A DNA stretch of 64,000 nucleotides from positions 352,001 through 416,000 of the forward strand of contig JANRKS010000007.1 of NCBI GenBank assembly GCA_033763315.1, given 5' to 3'. The stretch comes from Deltaproteobacteria bacterium. Lineage in GTDB: Bacteria; Myxococcota_A; Polyangia; Fen-1088. Made by a program: the position numbers and the translations under genes. Under the pieces are notes generated by a model that ran no database searches, was not told the origin of the DNA, and saw only the letters and a program-made list of their open reading frames with translations. Position 1 is the first letter of the stretch; the number at the start of each line of letters is the position of its first letter. This document shows, in pieces, positions 57,724-64,000 of this stretch.

Positions 57724-59955
57724 TTAATTGGCGAAAATCGCCATGGCCGGGTGAGTAAAGTAGACCTTATCGTCAGCGGCGGTCACCTTCGCAATGAAGC
57801 TATGTGCGCCCGCCGTCAGGTTCTTATATTCGAACTCGGCCGCGCCACCCGCCGATACGACTTTCAGTGCGGTCGCAGGCGTAGCACCCAAGGCGTCGAA
57901 GAATTCGACTTTCTTCCAACCGCCCAGTGACGCGTCGAAGCCTAGCTTCAGCAAACGAGAATCGCCCGGCTTTCCGTGCTTGGGAGCCGCGACCCAATAC
58001 ACTGGCTTGGCGATGAAGGCCAACCCCTTCTTCCCGTTAACGTCCACAATGCCTTGTTTGAAATAATCAAAGGCCTGCCAGACGAGCCCCGTAGAAGGAC
58101 CCGGGATAAAGTCTTTGACGTACTTGGTCGTATCGTACGTCTCAGCAAGAGGGGGAGCCGGTGGGAAGGCGGTGAAAGGCTCAAGCGTGGGCGCCTCGAT
58201 CATCCGAGTTGCCTTGATGTTAGAGGCCTCGCTGTATCCAAGGTAACCCTTGGTCTTGTCAACTGGCTTTAGCGGCGTGACACCATCGTTGTTTGTGGTC
58301 CGCTGAGCGATCATCTCTTGAAGTAGAGCAAGGTAGAGCATCCAAGAATCAACAACTGCATTCGTTTGGGCTCCATGGGCCGTGAAGGCCCAAAGAGCAA
58401 ATCCGGCAGTGCTTCCCGCAGCCGATTCGAAGAACCTATTCTGACGCCAAAACTCATTGAGGGTAGCGGACGACTTTATAGCTATGAGACAACCAGATGT
58501 CGCAAAACAGTAGGTGATAAATCCTGGAACGGCGCGGCCTTCAGGAGTGATGGGATAGTCTTCCAGTTTTTCTCCCATGCCGATGTCGGCATTGCCAGTC
58601 TGACGGAATTTATCTGCCGTAAAGGCAATGATACGCTTTGAGAACTCTGCATCGGCCAACATCTGTGCCGACAACATGGTCAATAGGTGATGAACAAAGA
58701 TTGGTACTGTGTTCATCTCGGGCCGGTTGGCTTTCGTGGCCAGCTTGGCAAGGTCAGCTTTGAAGAAGTTCTTGAAGTCGCCTGGCTGCTGACGAACGCC
58801 ACCAAGCAAAGCCCAGCCGTGCGCGGTGGCAAACTTGCGCAAGTGTTCGAACAACGCTGAGTCGGCTGTTCCATTGGGCGGTTGACTGAGATCAGGCGCC
58901 GTTATTATCAAACCTTTGATCTTATCGTTGGCGCCGACGTTCTTTGGCACCCACACGTGCATGTGAGCATCGCCCTCATCCAAGCGAATGATTCCGGGAT
59001 CAGCGAACGTTTCAGCTTCCTTGATGGTGACCTCGTCAATGAACAGGTCCGTGTCAGGAGATCCGCCGAAACCGAAAGTGATTTCGCCGTTCACGCGGTT
59101 CAAGTCTTTCCAATCGTACACGGCGCCATCAATCACCTCTCCGGTGTCGTCAATGAACTCGCCACGGGCGCGGATCGTCTTAGCGTCCTTGTCTGCCTTC
59201 ACCGTGATCTTCACGGTTTGCGTCTTCATGGAAGGCTCCATGACGGTCCAGCCGTAGTGTTCGGCTTCCGTCATGCACTGAGGACCTCGCGTCACCAGGC
59301 TCACCGCCCAGCACTTATTGTTAAAGAAGATATTATCGACGTCAGAGACGCCTAGGGGGCCCGGCCGGCTGTTTTGGAGGCCAAATCCTATGTTGACGCC
59401 ATCGTTGCGATTCTTGTCCGTCGCAAACGAGAACCACAACGGAGCGGGCTTCTCGCCGTGAAATTTGATGGTGGCAGTGAAGCTCTCAAACGTATCAGTG
59501 CGGTCTTTGTCCGGCTTCGTATCGTAAGTAAAAGCTGCCAGCTTGCCTTTGGCAACCTTCAACACGCCGTCATTGTCAGCGCTCTGGGTCACTTCGCCCG
59601 TGACGAAGAAATTTTTGTTTAGATCGTCAGCCGTCTTGAAGCTGAGGCTCACAGGAAGTTTGCCGGTGGGGGCCGCGTAAGGAACGATCTCCGGTTCAGG
59701 CGGCGTTGGCAACCCGCCGTCCACCCCAGCGTCGGCATCACTGCCCCCCACATTCTCTCCCCCCGAGCCGCCCTTGCCTCCTCCACCTTTGCCCGCTGCG
59801 TCTCCGCCGGAACCGCCGCCGCCATCGCCTCCACTGCCCCCGGTCCCCCCGTCACCGTCGCTGCTCTTGCACGCGACGACTGAAAGCAAACTGACTGCGA
59901 GGCCGCAAGTCAGTACCTTAAGAGCTGGGACTTTCGCTAATCCAAGACATGTCAT
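57724..59955 (-). CDS. Multidomain lipoprotein: beta-sandwich + hydrolase-like + Ig-like domains
   Basis: GGAGAAG RBS, lipobox VVAC, Gly linker, lectin-like strands, hydrolase-like core (VWVP...IKGLII, RPEMNTVPIF, RIIAF), C-terminal KVEFFD...LTAGAHSFIAKVT. Confidence 0.65.
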   Translation of the reverse strand: MTCLGLAKVPALKVLTCGLAVSLLSVVACKSSDGDGGTGGSGGDGGGGSGGDAAGKGGGGKGGSGGENVGGSDADAGVDGGLPTPPEPEIVPYAAPTGKLPVSLSFKTADDLNKNFFVTGEVTQSADNDGVLKVAKGKLAAFTYDTKPDKDRTDTFESFTATIKFHGEKPAPLWFSFATDKNRNDGVNIGFGLQNSRPGPLGVSDVDNIFFNNKCWAVSLVTRGPQCMTEAEHYGWTVMEPSMKTQTVKITVKADKDAKTIRARGEFIDDTGEVIDGAVYDWKDLNRVNGEITFGFGGSPDTDLFIDEVTIKEAETFADPGIIRLDEGDAHMHVWVPKNVGANDKIKGLIITAPDLSQPPNGTADSALFEHLRKFATAHGWALLGGVRQQPGDFKNFFKADLAKLATKANRPEMNTVPIFVHHLLTMLSAQMLADAEFSKRIIAFTADKFRQTGNADIGMGEKLEDYPITPEGRAVPGFITYCFATSGCLIAIKSSATLNEFWRQNRFFESAAGSTAGFALWAFTAHGAQTNAVVDSWMLYLALLQEMIAQRTTNNDGVTPLKPVDKTKGYLGYSEASNIKATRMIEAPTLEPFTAFPPAPPLAETYDTTKYVKDFIPGPSTGLVWQAFDYFKQGIVDVNGKKGLAFIAKPVYWVAAPKHGKPGDSRLLKLGFDASLGGWKKVEFFDALGATPATALKVVSAGGAAEFEYKNLTAGAHSFIAKVTAADDKVYFTHPAMAIFAN

Positions 59956-60125
59956 GAGACTTCTCCCCGGGGCGGTAAGCGGGTCTGAACCCATCGATCA
60001 TCGCGAAGACTCAACGCGTCGCATTCTGATCGAAACTTTCGGGAATAATCGCACAGGGTAACTTAGGTGCAAGCTAATAAGTTGCATCTCCTGCTCAGAT
60101 CGCACGAAGCCGAATGTACTCGAGA

Positions 60126-63100
60126 CTATGGCAACACAGCTCGAAATGACTGCTTTCCGCCGCTGCCGTCTGTGCCGTTACCAACAATAGACGTCCCATC
60201 GGCTGCAATGCCGGTGATAATCTCCAGTGTCCAGCCCTGCGTATCAACTCCCGCAGACTGTAGGACATTGCTGAGGAGCCGAGTGCCGTTGACCGTATCG
60301 TAGATCACCGCGTTCGGCGCTGAGTCCTTGTCAATGGAGCCCACAATCACTGTGCCGTCTGCGCTCACATCTTTAACCGACCAGCCATTCGGGTCGTAGC
60401 CCGAAGGAGTTGGTAGCGTTGTGAAGCCAGCGGCGGCAGTCCATCGGAACGGGGGCCAGCCATAAGGGCCACCAACGATAACACCTCCGTCGTAGTTCAA
60501 AGCCGTCGCGGCATTGTCCATAGGCACGACACCGCTGCTCGATGAGTACCTGAAATGGCCGATTCCCAAAGGATTCCCGCCCGCGACCACCTTGCCGTCA
60601 CCACTTACATACGCGTCTCCGAGCGCAGAGATATCCGTGACAGAACCATTATTCCAAACCCAGGGATTGGGATTGCCGTTGGCAAAAATTGAACCGCTGA
60701 TTGTTCCGCCATTGTTGTCTACTGATTTGGCCTGTCTACCAGCGCCGAAAGGTTGATCGACGCCCAAAGCATTCCACCTCAACGGGCCACCCACGATAAC
60801 AGATCCATTTGAATTCACGGCTAATGCTACTCCACTCGTCACGCCTGCCGGCAAAGCGAGCTGGCTTATACCTGAGCCCAGTACCCACTTCACCGGCACT
60901 TGCTTTCCGCCCACGAAGGCCCAACCCACAGCGACGCGCCCGTTCGCACTCAAGTCCTGCATGGACGTGTAAGTTGAATTAGCGACAAACCCCAGTGCCG
61001 TGAACGAAGGACACTCTTGCTTGCATGACCCGTTAGCGCACTTGGTGAATCCGCTGTTGCATTGCAGGACGCACTGACCTCCCATGCAGACAGCGCTAGC
61101 GTTCGCACCGCTAACGCCAGTGCAACTTGTGCCATTGGGCTTATCGCCCGACGCCGTGCAAACACCAGCGCCTGTAGAGCACACGATTTTTCCGACTTTA
61201 CACTCTTGAGCCCCCGTTAGTGTGCAGGAGCCGTCTTTGTCGCAGGAGGTACATACGCCGCCATTGCAGACCATTTTGGAGCCACAGTCCGTGCCGTTGG
61301 GGGCATTGGCGCCGTCTACACAGGTTTGCGTTCCCGTGGAACATGAGGTCTTTCCATTCTTGCAAATGTTGCAATCCTGCCCCGAATAACAGGTCATGCA
61401 TGAGCCGCCGTTGCACACGGAATTTACAGGGCAATCAGCGGTAACCTCTCCCGACCCGTCTGCCTTGCAAGAGACAAGCTTGATGCCACTACAACGCGTT
61501 GAGTTTGGAACACAGTTGTTGCACTGCAGAGTGCTTGAATTGCAGCCTCCAGGCGGCGCACAGGCTGATGACACCTCACCTGTACCATCTGCCGGGCAGG
61601 TGACCAGGTTATTGCCAACACACTTTCGAGAATTCGGGCTGCACTTGTCACATGCAAGGCGGGACGTATTGCACTGAAAAGCGCCACAATCTTCAGCGGT
61701 CTCTCCGGAACCATCGGCTTTACAAGTGAACACCGTAGAGCCAGAGCACCTTTTCGCGTTAGGCGTGCAGACGTTACACGCGAGTCGAGTTGTGTTGCAG
61801 CCAGGCGCTCCACATTGCGTGGATGATTCGCTGCTTCCGTCTGCTGAGCATGTGTATAGGCTACCACCAGCGCATCGTTTGGCGTTGGGCACGCATGCGT
61901 TGCATTCGAGTCGGCTTGTATTGCAGCCCGAAGCGCCGCAGTCTTTCATCGATTCCGCAGATCCGTCGGCTGCACACGTGTATAGAACCGTCGAAGCGCA
62001 TCGCTTCGCGGAAGGCACGCAAGAATTACATCGGTCTCCGATGCAACCCTTGTTGTTGCAAGTGGTTGGACTTCCCCACTTTCCCCCAGAACATGTTTGC
62101 AGGTTCCCATCATTCGTGCAGCGCGAACCGGCAGAACAGTCATTGCAAGCGCCCGCGGTGCAGCCCGCTGCTCCGCACACGCTGAGTGCGCCCCATTTTC
62201 CGTCCGCACCACAGGTCTGAGAGGACGAATTGCCGGCCCCGCCACATCGCGACTCGCCAGGCCTACATTCGTTGCATGCACCGTTCTGGCACCCGGCAGC
62301 GCAAGAGCTCATGTCGCCCCAAGCGCCTGACGCGGAACATACTTGCAAGGCATTGTTCCCCGCTGGGTTACATCGCAGCTCGCTCGGTTTGCACGCTCCC
62401 GTGCACTGACCGTCCTGGCAGACGAATGGACAAGCCGCACCCGTAGACCACACACCGTCGTTGCCACACACGCGAGGAACGTTGTTCGCGCCGCAAACAG
62501 CCGTACCTGGCTTGCACTCTCCACCGCAAGCACCGTCTTTACACACGTTGGTGCAAGGCTGCGCCTCAGGCTTCCAGGCGCCCGTGGCATCACATACTTC
62601 CTTCACCTGATTCATGGCGCAACGGATCATCGTTGGCTTGCATTCGCCAGTACACTTGCCTTGAACCGCATCGCATAGGAAAGGGCAAGAATCTCCCTTC
62701 ACCCATTTCCCAGCCGCATCGCATGTGAACGGCGTGTCACCGTTGCACATAGTGGTGCCCTTCGTACATCCGTTACAGAACCCGTCTGTACAACCGGTTT
62801 GACAAGCCGCCTCGGCCTTCCACTTACCAGTTTCGTCACAGACTTCTGGGGCGCCAGAGTTTCCGCACCGACGTTCCCGAGGTTTGCACTCGCCCACGCA
62901 AACGCCCGCGCTGCACAATGTGGTGCACGCCGTTCCCGCCACAAACTGCCCGTCTTCACCGCACGTATAAGGCACGTCGAACCGGCACTCGGCCGAACCT
63001 GGCCTGCATTCGCCCGAGCAAATTCCTTCCTTACAGGTATTGGGACAAGCTTCGCTTGAGACCCAGGTTCCTTCTTCACAGCTTTGTGGGACGAAGCCAC

Positions 63101-63575
63101 TGCAGCGCTTTTCACCAGTGGAACAAGGGCCCCCACCATCTTCCCCTCCATCAGCCGAGCCTCCGTCCATCATACTTTGGACGTCGTCGGTGAACTTATC
63201 CGCCGGTACATTAGAGCAACCTCCGGTTACGGGAACGGTCACGTACATCGTCTTGAGAGTGGCGCCAGCCTGGTCTAAAGCCACGACACGAAAATCGATT
63301 GATTGGTTGCCGGCCAATTGCTCGTAGTCTCTAAGCGCAATCTGTACCAGGGTCTCGGGACATGCCCGAGCAACTGGATCTAGCGGCCTCTCTTCCTCGC
63401 CAGCTTTGGTGTAGAAGACTTGGAAGTTATCGATTCCCTCGACCGCTGCAGGACAAGGAATTCTCAGAAGTATCGTCCCGGGCCGACAGTCCTCTTGCGT
63501 CTTGCAGCTGGCCGAAAACGCCAGTGAAAGACAGCACAAAAGGTACGCTTCGAATCGTCGCAAGTTAAAGCTCAT
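60126..63575 (-). CDS. Large lipoprotein with Cys-rich repeat stalk and C-terminal HAF-repeat-like beta-propeller
   Basis: Lipobox FSASC; more than 15 repeats of about 40 aa, CxPxxxRC...C...G.W...C; tip with SANGRVAVG, NSNGSVIVG, SADGTVIVG, AADGTSIVG. Confidence 0.8.
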   Translation of the reverse strand: MSFNLRRFEAYLLCCLSLAFSASCKTQEDCRPGTILLRIPCPAAVEGIDNFQVFYTKAGEEERPLDPVARACPETLVQIALRDYEQLAGNQSIDFRVVALDQAGATLKTMYVTVPVTGGCSNVPADKFTDDVQSMMDGGSADGGEDGGGPCSTGEKRCSGFVPQSCEEGTWVSSEACPNTCKEGICSGECRPGSAECRFDVPYTCGEDGQFVAGTACTTLCSAGVCVGECKPRERRCGNSGAPEVCDETGKWKAEAACQTGCTDGFCNGCTKGTTMCNGDTPFTCDAAGKWVKGDSCPFLCDAVQGKCTGECKPTMIRCAMNQVKEVCDATGAWKPEAQPCTNVCKDGACGGECKPGTAVCGANNVPRVCGNDGVWSTGAACPFVCQDGQCTGACKPSELRCNPAGNNALQVCSASGAWGDMSSCAAGCQNGACNECRPGESRCGGAGNSSSQTCGADGKWGALSVCGAAGCTAGACNDCSAGSRCTNDGNLQTCSGGKWGSPTTCNNKGCIGDRCNSCVPSAKRCASTVLYTCAADGSAESMKDCGASGCNTSRLECNACVPNAKRCAGGSLYTCSADGSSESSTQCGAPGCNTTRLACNVCTPNAKRCSGSTVFTCKADGSGETAEDCGAFQCNTSRLACDKCSPNSRKCVGNNLVTCPADGTGEVSSACAPPGGCNSSTLQCNNCVPNSTRCSGIKLVSCKADGSGEVTADCPVNSVCNGGSCMTCYSGQDCNICKNGKTSCSTGTQTCVDGANAPNGTDCGSKMVCNGGVCTSCDKDGSCTLTGAQECKVGKIVCSTGAGVCTASGDKPNGTSCTGVSGANASAVCMGGQCVLQCNSGFTKCANGSCKQECPSFTALGFVANSTYTSMQDLSANGRVAVGWAFVGGKQVPVKWVLGSGISQLALPAGVTSGVALAVNSNGSVIVGGPLRWNALGVDQPFGAGRQAKSVDNNGGTISGSIFANGNPNPWVWNNGSVTDISALGDAYVSGDGKVVAGGNPLGIGHFRYSSSSGVVPMDNAATALNYDGGVIVGGPYGWPPFRWTAAAGFTTLPTPSGYDPNGWSVKDVSADGTVIVGSIDKDSAPNAVIYDTVNGTRLLSNVLQSAGVDTQGWTLEIITGIAADGTSIVGNGTDGSGGKQSFRAVLP

Positions 63576-64000
63576 GGGATCGTCCGCTCCGCGTTGGCCT
63601 TGGGATATTCAGTACCGCTCGACAAAATCACCACGGCGGCGATGGCGCCAAGCACCACCACGCCAGTCCCGGCCCAGAACCAGGGATTCTTGGTTATCGG
63701 ACGGCTCTCCTGTGAAGTTGCTGGCGTTGCCGAAATATTGAGTCCCGGTTCGTTGGCCGGCTCGGGGGCCGCCTGTGTCACCGCTGGAGGCGTCGTGGGT
63801 TCAACACTCGAAGGCTCTAAACGCAGCACCACTCGTTGATAGCTAGCTCCGTTTACAGTCACAGTGCGAACCGCTCGCTTGTATCCATTCGCAGAAACCT
63901 CGACGTCAACGGAACCTTCGTTAACGGTAACGGCGGCGGGGAGCGGAAGGTTCCCCACCAAGCGGCCTGCCACCGTGACGGCTGCACCCATCGGATCGCC
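63572..64000 (-). CDS. PEGA-domain protein with C-terminal hydrophobic segment (5'-truncated by the window)
   Basis: P.GAAVTVAG..VG.LPL...V..G...VEVSANGY, P/T linker, KNPWFWAGTGVVVLGAIAAVVIL; ATGA overlap with the downstream lipoprotein gene. Confidence 0.85.
   Translation of the reverse strand, partial: GDPMGAAVTVAGRLVGNLPLPAAVTVNEGSVDVEVSANGYKRAVRTVTVNGASYQRVVLRLEPSSVEPTTPPAVTQAAPEPANEPGLNISATPATSQESRPITKNPWFWAGTGVVVLGAIAAVVILSSGTEYPKANAERTIP

Overview
GC-rich bacterial chromosome segment. The gene content (Hanks-type Ser/Thr kinase, Gly-linker lipoproteins, a MYXO-CTERM-like protein, a PEGA gene paired with a Cys-rich lipoprotein, deltaproteobacterial-type cysD/cysN) points to Myxococcota; this is an inference. 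In order, the window holds: an MBOAT gene end, an Asp-box lipoprotein, a kinase, a HAD phosphatase, ftsE-ftsX-envC-ctpA, nrdJ with NrdR and DnaA boxes, ada with an Ada box, a stress/dormancy cluster (two tandem ku genes, ligD, SDR, Zn-dehydrogenase, small secreted low-complexity proteins) with five sigma-54 (-24/-12) promoter matches, a P-type ATPase, an orphan cysD paralogue, a GH78 fused to a beta-propeller, miaB, cysD-cysN, an apparently inactive MBL-fold protein, tatBC, a PadR-associated type VII ABC + LolA-like + beta-barrel operon, a coaX operon, a DUF2254-like protein, a REC-GAF-HD-GYP regulator and a lower-GC block of surface lipoproteins at the right end. I saw no tRNA, rRNA, CRISPR array, integrase or transposase. 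Best candidates for undescribed biology: the sigma-54 NHEJ/stress regulon, the PadR-operator-controlled Lol-like trans-envelope system, and the PEGA + Cys-stalk adhesin pair. All family assignments come from motif recognition by eye; no searches were run.
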